Positions 8,650-18,488 of a stretch of 64,000 bases of DNA are shown here, piece after piece. The notes under the pieces were generated by a model. It did not search any database. It had not been told where the DNA came from and worked only from the letters and a program-made list of their open reading frames with translations. Position 1 is the first letter of the stretch, and the number at the start of each line of letters is the position of its first letter. Origin of the DNA: Candidatus Versatilivorator sp. (GTDB lineage Bacteria; Acidobacteriota; Terriglobia; Versatilivoradales; Versatilivoraceae); NCBI GenBank assembly GCA_965207735.1, contig OZ242296.1:2976001-3040000 (forward strand). Direction: 5' to 3'. The translations under genes were made by a program, and so were the position numbers.

Positions 8650-10707
8650 CCCATCTTTAACAAAGAAACGGCCGATTTGAGGTATTTTACCCCCATTTTG
8701 GCCTAAAATCACCCGTAAGTTGTTGATTCTTGGTTGGGGAGGTGAATGTAGTGCCGTAATCGTGTGGGGTGGGCTTGACCCCCTTGGCTCCCTCTGTTAC
8801 CGTCCCTCCCATGTTCATCCGACGCACCCAGACCCGCAGCCTCCATTCCGGACAGACCTACTTCACCCATCGCCTCGTCCGCTCCCATCGCGTCAGTGGC
8901 AAGGTCCGTCAGCAGACCCTCCTCAACCTCGGTCGACACTTCTCCATCCCCCGTGAGGACTGGCCCCTGTTGTGCCGCCGTCTCGATCAGATCCTCTCCG
9001 GTCAGTTGCCCCTCTTGCCGGTCGCCTCCACCCCGTTGGAGGAGGAAGCCCATCGCATGGCCCAGCGCTTGCTCGAGGGCGAAGCCGACGTGACCGGCGT
9101 TGGCGGGGAGGCCGCCTCAGAGGACCTGCAGACGGTGGAGGTGGGTTCGGTGGAGCTGACGCGTCCGCGTAGCGTGGGGGTGGAGCAGGTCGGCTGCTGG
9201 GCGCTGGAGCAGTTGGGGCTGGGGGATCTGCTGGCCGAGTTAGGGCCGAACGGACCGATGCGGGCAGCGGCGTTGGGGGCCATGGTAGGCCGTCTGGCCC
9301 GACCCGGCTCGGAACGGGCCACCTGGGGCTGGCTCAGGCGGCGCAGCGGCTTGGGCGAGTTGCTGGAGGTTGACTTCGAGAGTCTGAGTCTGATGCAGAT
9401 GTATCGGGCCTCAGACGCGCTGATGAAGCATCGGGAGGCCATCGAGCGTCACCTCTTCACCCGGGCCATGGGGTTGTTCGATCTGACCAACACCTTCTTC
9501 GAAGGGGCGGCCCGGGGTCAGCCCAAGGCCGAGCGGGGCCACTCGAAGGACAAGCGCAGCGACTGTCGGCTGCTGACGCTGGGGTTGGTGCTGGACGGGG
9601 CGGGGTTTGTGCGCCGCTCGGAGGTCTTTGCCGGTAGGGTGGATGAGCCCCGCACCCTGGCGGGGATGCTGGAGGCGCTGGAGGCGCCCCGGGGAGCCTT
9701 GGTGGTGATGGATCGGGGGGTGGCGACCGAGGACCGGATCCAGTGGTTGAGGGAGGAAGGGTATCGCTACCTGGTGGCCAGCCGCCAGGGCCGGAGGCAG
9801 TTCGATGCCGAGGCGGCCGTGACGGTGGAGACGGCTTCCAAGGCTCCCTTGCAGCTCCACAAGGAGGTCTCCGACGACGGGCAGGAAGTGCGTCTCTACT
9901 GCCGCTCACAGCAGCGGGCTGAGAAGGAGAAGGGCATCCTGGAGCGCTTCAGCCGGCGCTTCGAGCAGGGGCTCACCCGACTCTCCAACGGGCTTTCCCG
10001 ACCGCGGACTCACAAAGGCGTCGAGAAGGTCCGGGAGAGGATCGGGCGGCTGAAGGAGCAGAGCCGCGGGGTGGGGCAGCACTACACCATCGAGGTCCTC
10101 ACCGACGAGAGCGGCCGCAAGGCGACAGCGCTGAGATGGAAGCACCGTCCCCGCCAGGGCTCGATGGCCACTCATCCGGGGGTCTACTGCCTGCGCAGCA
10201 ATCAGACCGACTGGGACGAGGAAAGTCTCTGGCGCACTTACACGACTCTGACCGACGTGGAAGCGGTGTTTCGCTCCCTGAAGTCCGAGCTGGGTCTGCG
10301 TCCCATCTATCATCACAAGCCGGTGCGCTCGGAAGGCCACCTGTTCCTGACGGTCATCGCCTATCAACTGGTGCAGGTCATCCGCAAACGCCTCAAGCAG
10401 CGGGGCGAGGCCTCCAGCTGGACCACGCTGCGGCGCATCCTGGAAGGTCAGCAGCGGGTCACGGTCACCTTCCGGCGCAAGGACGGGCGGACCCTGCACG
10501 TCCGCAAGGCCACCCGCGCCGAAACCGATCAGAAGGCCATCTACGATGCCCTGGGTGTCGATCCCGCTCCCGGAGGCGTCCGCAAGATGATCGTCTGATT
10601 CCCCCTCAAATCACCGGTTTCAACGCGTTTGTAGTGCCACTTGCGCGTTTCTGCCTTCGTAACCTGTTGATAATACACGTATACTTGGAAGCCGTGTTAA
10701 AGATAGG
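8650..10707 (+). mobile_element. IS1634-family element
   Basis: TIR cccatctttaaca / tgttaaagatagg; no matching TSD. Confidence 0.85.
8811..10598 (+). CDS. IS1634-family transposase
   Basis: MFIRRTQT start; DLTNTFFEG, GHSKDKRSDC, VMDRG and DVEAVFRSLKSELGLRPIYH motifs. Confidence 0.93.
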   Translation: MFIRRTQTRSLHSGQTYFTHRLVRSHRVSGKVRQQTLLNLGRHFSIPREDWPLLCRRLDQILSGQLPLLPVASTPLEEEAHRMAQRLLEGEADVTGVGGEAASEDLQTVEVGSVELTRPRSVGVEQVGCWALEQLGLGDLLAELGPNGPMRAAALGAMVGRLARPGSERATWGWLRRRSGLGELLEVDFESLSLMQMYRASDALMKHREAIERHLFTRAMGLFDLTNTFFEGAARGQPKAERGHSKDKRSDCRLLTLGLVLDGAGFVRRSEVFAGRVDEPRTLAGMLEALEAPRGALVVMDRGVATEDRIQWLREEGYRYLVASRQGRRQFDAEAAVTVETASKAPLQLHKEVSDDGQEVRLYCRSQQRAEKEKGILERFSRRFEQGLTRLSNGLSRPRTHKGVEKVRERIGRLKEQSRGVGQHYTIEVLTDESGRKATALRWKHRPRQGSMATHPGVYCLRSNQTDWDEESLWRTYTTLTDVEAVFRSLKSELGLRPIYHHKPVRSEGHLFLTVIAYQLVQVIRKRLKQRGEASSWTTLRRILEGQQRVTVTFRRKDGRTLHVRKATRAETDQKAIYDALGVDPAPGGVRKMIV

Positions 10708-10718
10708 GTAGCAGATCC

Positions 10719-11501
10719 CTACCAACCGGACGCGGCTTCCGTTCCCCAGTCCCCTGTCAGACCGCAGCAATAATTGACGGTGGCAATGGTTTCGGCATCG
10801 AATTGCGCCTTGTCCTCCGGCGCCAGCAGCCCCTTCTCGACCAGGAATGTGTTGATTTCCCTCAAGCCCTCATCCCGCTTCGGACCCGCAGGCAGCCCCT
10901 TTTCGAGAAAGGCCTGGAGTTTCAGGTAAAAGGCTCCCCACACCTTCAGCCTTTCCCGATCGGGATGCCGGAACGTTGACGCCCGCTCGATGGCCGAGAC
11001 GGCCCCATGGTTGCCGTGCTTCAAGGCCGTCTCGTAGGCTGTCACTCCGACGTCGTTCGGGAGGTTCGGGTCACCCCCGGCCTGGAGCAAGACACTGATC
11101 AGAGCTTCAGGGGCGTTAAAGGCAGCCGCATGAAGAGGCGTGTCTCCGTATTCATCCGGCAGGTTGGGATCCGCCCCGGCAGCCAGCAGAGTTTCCACTT
11201 GCCCCTGCGAGGCCGGGACCCTGCCGGACTGCTCGATGATTGACCTCAGCGGCGTGTTCCCGAAAACGTCCGCCGCATCGGGATCGATGCCGGAGTTGAG
11301 AACCTCCTTCAGTTGGTTGTTGCTGCCTGAAACCATCGCCAGGTTCAGGTCCTCAACCGTCGCCATGGGTCTCGGTTGGCTGCCTTCCAAGCCCTGCCAG
11401 GACAGGATGTGGGACACCCCGAAGATCCAGCCCATCAAACCGAACGCAGCAAACACAAGGTGAAATACCGGCGTCATCCGTTTTCTTCGGAAATTATCCA
11501 T
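10719..11501 (-). CDS. Ankyrin-repeat protein with an N-terminal TM/signal segment
   Basis: GNTPL, LLAAGADPN..DEYGDTPLHAAA and LLQAGGDPN..NDVGVTAYETA repeats. Confidence 0.9.
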   Translation of the reverse strand: MDNFRRKRMTPVFHLVFAAFGLMGWIFGVSHILSWQGLEGSQPRPMATVEDLNLAMVSGSNNQLKEVLNSGIDPDAADVFGNTPLRSIIEQSGRVPASQGQVETLLAAGADPNLPDEYGDTPLHAAAFNAPEALISVLLQAGGDPNLPNDVGVTAYETALKHGNHGAVSAIERASTFRHPDRERLKVWGAFYLKLQAFLEKGLPAGPKRDEGLREINTFLVEKGLLAPEDKAQFDAETIATVNYCCGLTGDWGTEAASGW

Positions 11502-11554
11502 CGCGTCCTCCTCGGTTGGCGGTTGGGATTGGAAAAGAATTTTCCCCCTACCCC

Positions 11555-11584
11555 TATAAACAATCGAAATGGGGATTTATTACA
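11555..11584 (-). promoter_or_regulatory. Possible ECF-type promoter for the ankyrin gene
   Basis: Minus strand reads TGTAAT-N16-TGTTTATA in the AT-rich spacer just downstream of the ECF sigma gene. Confidence 0.35.
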
Positions 11585-12021
11585 ATTTTTTTTCGGGAGG
11601 GGGGTTCAGGACTGCCTGGAGGCGTGTGGCGGTAACGATCGAGCGCGCGCATCAATACGGCGCTTGAGCAGCGTGATGGCGCGGTTCATGCGGACGGCGA
11701 CATTGCCGCGAGAGACGTGAAGGAGTCGAGAGATCTCCCTGTTTGAAAATCCTTGGTAAAGGCGCAGCTTAATGACCTGGCGGTAGGTTCCCGGCAGCAG
11801 ATCGATCATTTCCCTGAGCAGAACAAGCAGTTCCCTTTCCTGCGCAAGAGCCTCGGGATCCTGGACCGGGGCTCTCTCGTCTTGAAGCGGGTCCTCGCGG
11901 CGACGGACTTGTTTTCTATGGAACTCCCTCGCCGTGTTGGTGACGATCTGATGAACCCAAGGACAGGCCTTCGGTCCGCTAAAGGAAGCATGATTGAGGG
12001 ATTGGAGAATCTTTATCCAAC

Positions 12022-13508
12022 GAGCCTTTTGCAAAATTCGCAGATAGCGGGAATTTTCACGTGGGGAAAGATCAAGGAGGGCAGGTGGAAGGAGGGGCAA
12101 GACCACTGTCTGTTGTATCATGAAGGTGTCTGAACCACATGATGAACGGAGGTGGAACTTGCCCCTTAGGGAAACCCTATCACGACACTGGTTCCGGTTT
12201 CAACGAGAGCTGTTTCCCCTGCTGGAGGAAGTTTTGGGGCCTCTGGGAGAGCGTTACCAGCGGCTGGTGCAGGTATTGGAGTTGGTGCGGGTGGAGGAGT
12301 TGCTGCCTTACAGTCGGGGCTGGCGTGGCCGGCCGCTGGAGGATCGGGCAGTGCTGGCGCGAGCCTATCTGGCGAAGTCGATGCTGGAGGTGGCGACCAC
12401 GCGGGGATTGGTGGAGCGGCTGAGGAGTGAGGGGAGGCTGCGGCGGCTGTGCGGCTGGGAGAGGGCGTGGGAGGTACCGAGCGAGTCGACCTTCTCGCGG
12501 GCCTTTGCGGAATTCGCTGAGAGCGACCTGCCGGGGCGTTTGCACGAGGCATTGCTGGAGGAGACGCTGAAGGGCCACTTGGCGGGGCATGTGTCGAGGG
12601 ACTCGACGGCGATTGCGGGACGGGAAAAGCCAGCGGCCAAGGCTGCGCCGGAGGCCAAGCGGAAACGCCGGCGGGGCCGGCCGCCGAAGGGCGAGCGACG
12701 GCCCAAGCGGTTGAGCCGGCTGGAGCGGCAGGGGTCGATGACGCTGGAGGAAATGTTGAAGGAGTTGCCCAAGGCCTGCGACATCGGCGTCAAGCGCAAC
12801 GCCAAGGGGCATCAGGAGAGCTGGACCGGCTACAAGCTACACCTCGACGCCATTGACGGCGGGATTCCGGTCAGTTGTCTGCTGACCTCGGCCTCGGTGC
12901 ATGACTCTCAGGCAGCCATTCCGCTGGCGACGCTGACGGCAAGGCGGGTCGAGAGTCTCTACGACTTGATGGACAGCGCCTACGATGCGCCGGAGATCCG
13001 GGCCTTCAGTGAGAAGCTGGGGCATGTGCCGATTATTGACGTCAACCCCCGCCGAAGAGCTACCTTGAAAGCCGAGCGGAAGCGGGAGGCACTGGCCCGG
13101 CGCTGTATCGGCCAAGTGACTCCCGAGGCGCGGCGCTACCGGGAACGCTCGACGGTGGAGCGGGTCAACGGACGGCTCAAGGAGGAGTTTGGCGGGAGGC
13201 AGGTGAGGGTTCGCGGCCCCGACAAGGTGAGGTGCCACCTGATGTTCGGCATTCTGGCCCTGACGGTGGATCAGTTGATGCGCCTGACGCTCTGAAGACC
13301 GGGTTGCCACCCCCAACCGCACAGCAGGTTCGCCCGCCTCAAGGCCGGGAGAGGGTAAGCTGTGCCTGCGTCCGGCGACCGCTGGCCATCCGGCCATCAG
13401 ATTCGGGCTTTTTCCTTCAAAAGGGTCTTTGCAGCTGGGTAGTCACCGCCGGAACATCACTGTTGCCAGCCCAATGTCATGCCCGATTCCGAATTTTGCA
13501 AAAGGCTC
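12022..13508 (+). mobile_element. DDE insertion sequence (IS5/IS1182-like)
   Basis: 19-bp perfect TIR gagccttttgcaaaattcg; CAAC duplicated at 12018-12021 and 13509-13512. Confidence 0.92.
12120..13295 (+). CDS. DDE transposase (DDE_Tnp_1-like)
   Basis: PSESTFSR, SRDSTAI, GYKLHL, MDSAYD and YRERSTVERVNGRLK motifs. Confidence 0.9.
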   Translation: MKVSEPHDERRWNLPLRETLSRHWFRFQRELFPLLEEVLGPLGERYQRLVQVLELVRVEELLPYSRGWRGRPLEDRAVLARAYLAKSMLEVATTRGLVERLRSEGRLRRLCGWERAWEVPSESTFSRAFAEFAESDLPGRLHEALLEETLKGHLAGHVSRDSTAIAGREKPAAKAAPEAKRKRRRGRPPKGERRPKRLSRLERQGSMTLEEMLKELPKACDIGVKRNAKGHQESWTGYKLHLDAIDGGIPVSCLLTSASVHDSQAAIPLATLTARRVESLYDLMDSAYDAPEIRAFSEKLGHVPIIDVNPRRRATLKAERKREALARRCIGQVTPEARRYRERSTVERVNGRLKEEFGGRQVRVRGPDKVRCHLMFGILALTVDQLMRLTL

Positions 13509-13844
13509 CAACTGGTCTGCAGGACATCATGCACCAGATCGTCGTTGCCGGCGACCCGCCTGGCGAGGGGAAAAAAACGGCGGGAGCAGCAGACAATCCA
13601 GGCTTCGCTATTGCCTTCAAGCAGGGGGCAGTCTTTAGCGGCTTGCTTCAGTTTGGGAGTGGGCAGGACGTGAAAATCGTCGGGCATGAGGATTGCTCTT
13701 GCATCCAGTATAGCTCACAGCCACAAGACCACCCCACAGCAGAAAGAGCTTCGCACTTTGAGAAAACCTGCCGGCTTGCCATCCCGCTCGACGGTCATCC
13801 AGACTCCCAGACTCAGGATTAATCCTCGGCTGACCTGTCCACCA

Positions 13845-13994
13845 GTAACTGTTCGGTCAAGCCGTGATGGCTTGGACCCGGACGAGGTCGGAGGTGACTG
13901 CAATCACAGGCGATTCGTCGGTTCTGCTCGCTGCGCCTCCCCCGGACGGCGGATGGACTCCACAGCTTGGCCGAACATTTAAAACAACGGTTAC
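13845..13994. mobile_element. MITE 1 (150 bp) of a tandem pair
   Basis: TIR gtaactgttcggtcaagccgtg / cacagcttggccgaaca[12-bp insert]gttac; flanked by gtccacca at 13837-13844 and 13995-14002. Confidence 0.75.
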
Positions 13995-14002
13995 GTCCAC
14001 CA

Positions 14003-14324
14003 GTAACTGTTCGGTCAAGCTGTGGGCTCGACCTCCTGCGGGTTTGTCCTCTATGCCAACCGAGCAACCGACGAAGCGTCCCCCTTCCACCTCCATCGGA
14101 CTGGGGGCAGAGAGTGGAGATGAAACCCGTGGAGTCGGTCCGATAGGGTCGGTTCGCCAGCCGTGTAGAGGGGTTTCGTGGCTGGCGAGCACTCTCGGCT
14201 GGCCTGTCCTGGGGGGGCAGCCGCTACGATGGCGGCTCAGCGGCGACACCGACGCAATGTGGCTTGATCGCTGCGGGGAGGATGCCGGTCCGACCGGTCT
14301 TCCACACCTTGACCGAACAGTTAC
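14003..14324. mobile_element. MITE 2 (322 bp) of the tandem pair
   Basis: TIR gtaactgttcggtcaagctgtgg / ccacaccttgaccgaacagttac; flanked by gtccacca at 13995-14002 and 14325-14332. Confidence 0.85.
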
Positions 14325-14448
14325 GTCCACCAACGTCCTGAGTAGTCCAGTGGATTCCCGTTCAATTAGAGGGATATAATGAGGGGATTACAACAGGACA
14401 AACCACAGTAAACCTATTATAATGAGTATTTAAAAGTTTTATGTTGTA

Positions 14449-14533
14449 GTCGCCGCCTACGCGGCTCAACCCTAAGACCGAGATTTCCATGGGCTTACGC
14501 CCACGGCTACCTGCTGCCGCCGCGTTGCGGCTC
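14449..14533. repeat. REP-like palindromic cluster
   Basis: gtcgccgcctacgcggctc / ccatgggcttacgcccacgg / gccgccgcgttgcggctc hairpins downstream of a gene end. Confidence 0.5.
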
Positions 14534-14602
14534 CACTCGACCCCCAGGGCTGACCCCCGGGGATCATCAATCACAAATCCCGTTCCCCGACAGTCTTGTG
14601 GT

Positions 14603-15625
14603 TTAGTCGTTGCTGGCCCCTTCCTCTTCGCCGATTCCCAGAGCCGTGGCCGCATTCCGCCAGAAGAGGCCCTCGACCTGGTCCTTGGAGAGGCCGGCGA
14701 CTTCGGCCGCGAACTTCATGGAGAGGAGCTGCTCATAGACCGCCAGAATCGGCCGGCCGTCGCAGTGCGGAAACTGAAGGTCACCCCGGTCGGCATCGTA
14801 GTGCTCCCAGGCCCTCCCCAAGGCAGCGTAGTGGCCGTGAAAGAACGCCGCCCCCACCCCATCCGAGCCCCAGAAAATACGTCGTGTGTCCTCTTTGGTG
14901 AGCAGGGAGATGTAGGGCCGGGGGTCCGTCACCGCCGAAGTGTCGTAGTGGATGTTGGGCATGTCCCTGAGCCGTTCCACCGCCTCTTGCATGGGCCAGT
15001 AGGTGAAGCTGCGGGCGCAGTGGGCCAGCAGCCACTTGAGGTTGGGATAGCGTTTGGTGGTGTACTCCTCCAGGTCCTGCAGGTTGAGTTGGTCGGCGCA
15101 GCCGTGAAATCGGGAAAGGTGCATGGTCACCCACAAGCCGTGGTGGTTGGCGAACTCCATCTGCTCGTGGGGCAGAAACTCATGGATGCGGCACTGGGCG
15201 ATGTCCCCGGTGACCGAGTGGGTGCGGTAGGGCTTCAGGCCGACGAACTGGGGGTGCTTCAGGTCCCGCTCGATATCCTCCAGCTTGCAGGAGGGGGTCA
15301 CCAGGCGGTTGTGACGCACGCCGGGCACCCCGTCGATCTCGCTGCGATTCAACTCCACGTGTTTGGCCACGTCGGTTCCCGGGAAGGGGTGTCCCAGGAT
15401 GAGGTACTGCATGCGCCGGCCCGGGTAGAGGACCTCGGCCCACTGATTCAAGGTCTCCAGGTCGTTGTCCTCCTTCTTGAGCGAATCCGGATCCACTCCG
15501 GTGACGGCGGAGCGCCAGAAGCAATGGATGTGGGCGTCCAGGATTCGGGAAGGAACGAAGTCCTCCAGTTCCTCCTCCCAGACCTGCCGATCACAGTCGC
15601 GGTAGTCGATGTTTGCTTGAGCCAT
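14603..15625 (-). CDS. Amidohydrolase-family (TIM-barrel metal-dependent hydrolase) protein
   Basis: ILDAHIH, GLKPY, LLAHCA, YDTS and FWGSD motifs. Confidence 0.85.
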   Translation of the reverse strand: MAQANIDYRDCDRQVWEEELEDFVPSRILDAHIHCFWRSAVTGVDPDSLKKEDNDLETLNQWAEVLYPGRRMQYLILGHPFPGTDVAKHVELNRSEIDGVPGVRHNRLVTPSCKLEDIERDLKHPQFVGLKPYRTHSVTGDIAQCRIHEFLPHEQMEFANHHGLWVTMHLSRFHGCADQLNLQDLEEYTTKRYPNLKWLLAHCARSFTYWPMQEAVERLRDMPNIHYDTSAVTDPRPYISLLTKEDTRRIFWGSDGVGAAFFHGHYAALGRAWEHYDADRGDLQFPHCDGRPILAVYEQLLSMKFAAEVAGLSKDQVEGLFWRNAATALGIGEEEGASND

Positions 15626-15680
15626 GGGTATCCCTCCTGGAACACGGTATTGTCGGACGATTCTAAAACAATATGCTCAT

Positions 15681-15853
15681 GAGCCTTTTGCAAAATTCGT
15701 CGTGCAGCGCTAGGGACGTTGTTGAATTACTGGAATTACTTCGATCAGCCGCTGCTGTATTGCTTTGATTCAATCACGTTCCCTACACGCTCTTTACCAG
15801 TTATTCCAGTAATTCAACAACGTCCCCGACTTGCGGAATTTTGCAAAGGGCTC
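15681..15853. mobile_element. 173-bp MITE sharing TIRs with the IS at 12022-13508
   Basis: gagccttttgcaaaattc / gaattttgcaaagggctc; near-TSD tcat/tcac; internal 24-bp IR gggacgttgttgaattactggaat. Confidence 0.88.
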
Positions 15854-15863
15854 TCACGACTCT

Positions 15864-17369
15864 CTACACGGAAACACCGCCGGTCCGGCGCAGGATCAGG
15901 CTGGCCGCCATGGCCACCGCCACCAGCACCAGGTGGCCCAGCACCCCGGTCAGCCACAGGCTGAGGGTGCAGTTGAAGCTTCCCAGATCGAGGATGGGCT
16001 CGGTGCTCCCCGGCAGCCTCACCTGGGTCAGGGTGGCCCAGGCCGTAAACAGGAGGCAGGCCAGGATGCCCAGGTAGGCTCCCCTGGCCAGCGTCCAGCG
16101 GAACAGCATGCCCAGGGCGAACAGCCCCAGGATGCCCCCGGTGAAGATCATTGTCATGGTGAGGGAGAACTCGACCAGGGAGGCGCTGTCGATCCGGGTC
16201 CACTGGAGCGCCAGCAGAATGGAGGCGGCGCCCAGCCCGACGACCGAGATCCTGCCGGCCAGCAGCCTGAGGCTCTCGGAGGCGCGGGGGCGCAGCTTCC
16301 CGAAGAAGTCGTTGACCACCACCGTCGCCAGCGAATTGAGATCCGAATCCAGCGAGGACATGGCGGCGGCGATGAGCGCCGCCAGAACCATGCCCTTGAG
16401 ACCCGCCGGGAATTGGGTGCTGACGAAATGGGGAACGATGCGGTCCTTGACGGCCATGACCTCCGGCGGCACCACCTCTGCGCTGAACTGATAGTAGGAC
16501 CAGAGAAGCGCTCCCAGCAGCATGAACAGCAGCCACACCGGCACGCAGGCCCCGGCTCCCATGACGGCCCCGCGGACGGCTTCCCGATCGGATCGGGCCA
16601 GAAGGTAGCGCTGCACGTTGTGCTGGTTGCAGCAGAAAGACTGCAGCCAGGCGACTATCGACCCGAGGATCAGCAGCCACTGGTTGTTTTGGGCGGCGTC
16701 CCATTGCCAGCGGTCGATCTCGAACTTTCCCCCCTCCCAGGCGGCCGCAAGAATCTGCGAGGGAGCGGCATCGGAGCCGAACAGGATGAGCAGGATGCAG
16801 AGCAGTCCCCCACCCACCAGGAAGATGCCCTGAACCACGTCGGTCCAGACCACGGCCTGGATGCCGCCGACCAGGGTGTAAAGCACGGTTATCGCTCCCA
16901 GAATCAGGATCACGCCGGTGACGCCCCATCCGGTCAGCACCGCCGTGGCCAGCGCCAAAAAGTAGTAGGTGACGCTGACGTCGGCCACCCGGCTGACCAG
17001 AAAGGTGGCGGCGCCATAGGCGCGCGCGGGGTAGCCGAACCGCTGTTCCAGGTACTCATAGGCCGTCATGCGCACATTGTGCCGGTAGAACACCACGATG
17101 CGCCGGGCCAGCAGCAGCATCACGATCAACGGCACCAGGTGGGCGGGGATCAGGAACATGTTGTCGTGGAAGACGTTTCCGGGGTGTCCCACGAAGGTGG
17201 CGCTCCCGCAGATGGTGCCCAGGATGGAGAAGGCCACCACCCAGCCCGGTACGCTGCGAGCCGCCAGAAAGTAGTCCTCGGTGGTCTTTTGCCGCCGGGA
17301 AAAGTAGACCCCCAGCAGAGCCACCCCGCTCAGGTAGACCACGACGATGCTGGTATCTATGGGCGACAC
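15864..17369 (-). CDS. Sodium:solute symporter (SSS family)
   Basis: EDYFLAARS, TAYEYLEQRFG, GGIQAVVWTDVVQ and AAAMSSLDSDLNS motifs; GTG start inferred. Confidence 0.92.
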   Translation of the reverse strand: MSPIDTSIVVVYLSGVALLGVYFSRRQKTTEDYFLAARSVPGWVVAFSILGTICGSATFVGHPGNVFHDNMFLIPAHLVPLIVMLLLARRIVVFYRHNVRMTAYEYLEQRFGYPARAYGAATFLVSRVADVSVTYYFLALATAVLTGWGVTGVILILGAITVLYTLVGGIQAVVWTDVVQGIFLVGGGLLCILLILFGSDAAPSQILAAAWEGGKFEIDRWQWDAAQNNQWLLILGSIVAWLQSFCCNQHNVQRYLLARSDREAVRGAVMGAGACVPVWLLFMLLGALLWSYYQFSAEVVPPEVMAVKDRIVPHFVSTQFPAGLKGMVLAALIAAAMSSLDSDLNSLATVVVNDFFGKLRPRASESLRLLAGRISVVGLGAASILLALQWTRIDSASLVEFSLTMTMIFTGGILGLFALGMLFRWTLARGAYLGILACLLFTAWATLTQVRLPGSTEPILDLGSFNCTLSLWLTGVLGHLVLVAVAMAASLILRRTGGVSV

Positions 17370-17939
17370 GGTGGATGGTTGATTGGGTGAGGAGTTCTCG
17401 GATGCCGTTGAGAAATGCAGGCCGGCGGTCGAAATGGTCCACAGCCATCGACGGCGCTGGAATCCGCTTTCTTCCGGGTAGCCATCTAATCTATAGCGGA
17501 TGCTGATGGACTGTTCAACCCGGCTTCCCGGGTTAGCCCTTGTTTCTTGACAGAGCCCATGCACCATATAGAATGGCATGTAGATACGTCTCGGAAAGCC
17601 ATCCGTAATCTTGGCGAGCTTGATTCAAACCCTTTCCTGGAAAGATCGCAGCGTTAAGAAAATCGTGGCCGCGGATCGAGAAGTTTTCCGTGAGACCTTG
17701 TTGAGGCTCCTCCCGCTCATTGGAGCGACGGAAATCATTGAGGAGTCGATGCAACCATAACGCCTCCTCCTTAGCACCGATTGCAACCCGGTCCCTGAAT
17801 AATTCTTCAAAGGAACCGGCGCCCGGATGCGTCCCATCCATTGGAGCCGGACACCTCTACAGGCGGCGGAGATCTATCCAAATGAAAACGCCTTCATTGG
17901 CCCCTCACTGACTATTGGATGTATGTCACACCCGATGGA

Positions 17940-18488
17940 ATGACTGACGCCGACGATGAAATCCTGGCTCGCAGGGCGGCCGAGGGAGACAGGAACGCCT
18001 TTTCGGAGTTGCTGGATCGCCACTATGGCCTCATCTACCGCGTCGGGGCCCGCATTCTCGGCAACGAAGCGGAGGCGCAGGATCTGGCACAGGATGTCTG
18101 CCTGGGGCTGGTGACCAGGCTGGCTTCCTATGGCGGGCAGAGTCGCTTCACCACCTGGCTTTACCGGGTGGTGGTGAACGCGGCGCGGGATTCGATGCGT
18201 CGCGACTCCACCCGCCGCCGAAACGAGCAGGAATTCGTCGAGCAGGACGGCCTCGGGCAGCGCCAGAGCGGCACGGGCAGCGAGGATTCCGTCTGGCTGC
18301 AGCAAGTGCTGGGCCAGTTGAGCGAAGAGCTGCGAGCCACGGTGATTCTGGTACTGGCGGAAGGTCTTCGACACGGAGAAGCCGGCAAGATCCTGGGAGT
18401 CAGCGAAGCAACCGTCTCCTGGCGGCTGCACCAGGTGCGCAAGCAGTTGCGCAACCAAAAGACACAGTCTAAGAGGATGGCGCTGTGA
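17940..18488 (+). CDS. ECF RNA polymerase sigma factor
   Basis: AQDLAQDV...SRFTTWLYRVVVNAARD; GKILGVSEATVSWRLH. Confidence 0.93.
   Translation: MTDADDEILARRAAEGDRNAFSELLDRHYGLIYRVGARILGNEAEAQDLAQDVCLGLVTRLASYGGQSRFTTWLYRVVVNAARDSMRRDSTRRRNEQEFVEQDGLGQRQSGTGSEDSVWLQQVLGQLSEELRATVILVLAEGLRHGEAGKILGVSEATVSWRLHQVRKQLRNQKTQSKRMAL

Larger units (their letters stand above)
11606..13687 (-). pseudogene. ECF sigma-70 factor split by an IS
   Basis: N-part ...ARRVAGNDDLVHDVLQTSW rejoins in frame with IKILQSL...LPGTYRQVIKLRLYQGFSNREISRLLHVSRGNVAVRMNRA (regions 2 and 4) once the IS and one TSD copy are removed. Confidence 0.9.

Noticed and set aside
13837-14332. CRISPR-like repeated gtccaccagtaactgttcggtcaag
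   Set aside because: Only two direct copies, with inverted partners, long unequal interiors and no cas genes; better explained as TIRs plus TSDs.
17533-17841. Possible BrnT-like toxin remnant (RGHDF...RQDYG)
   Set aside because: Similarity is too weak to support by eye.
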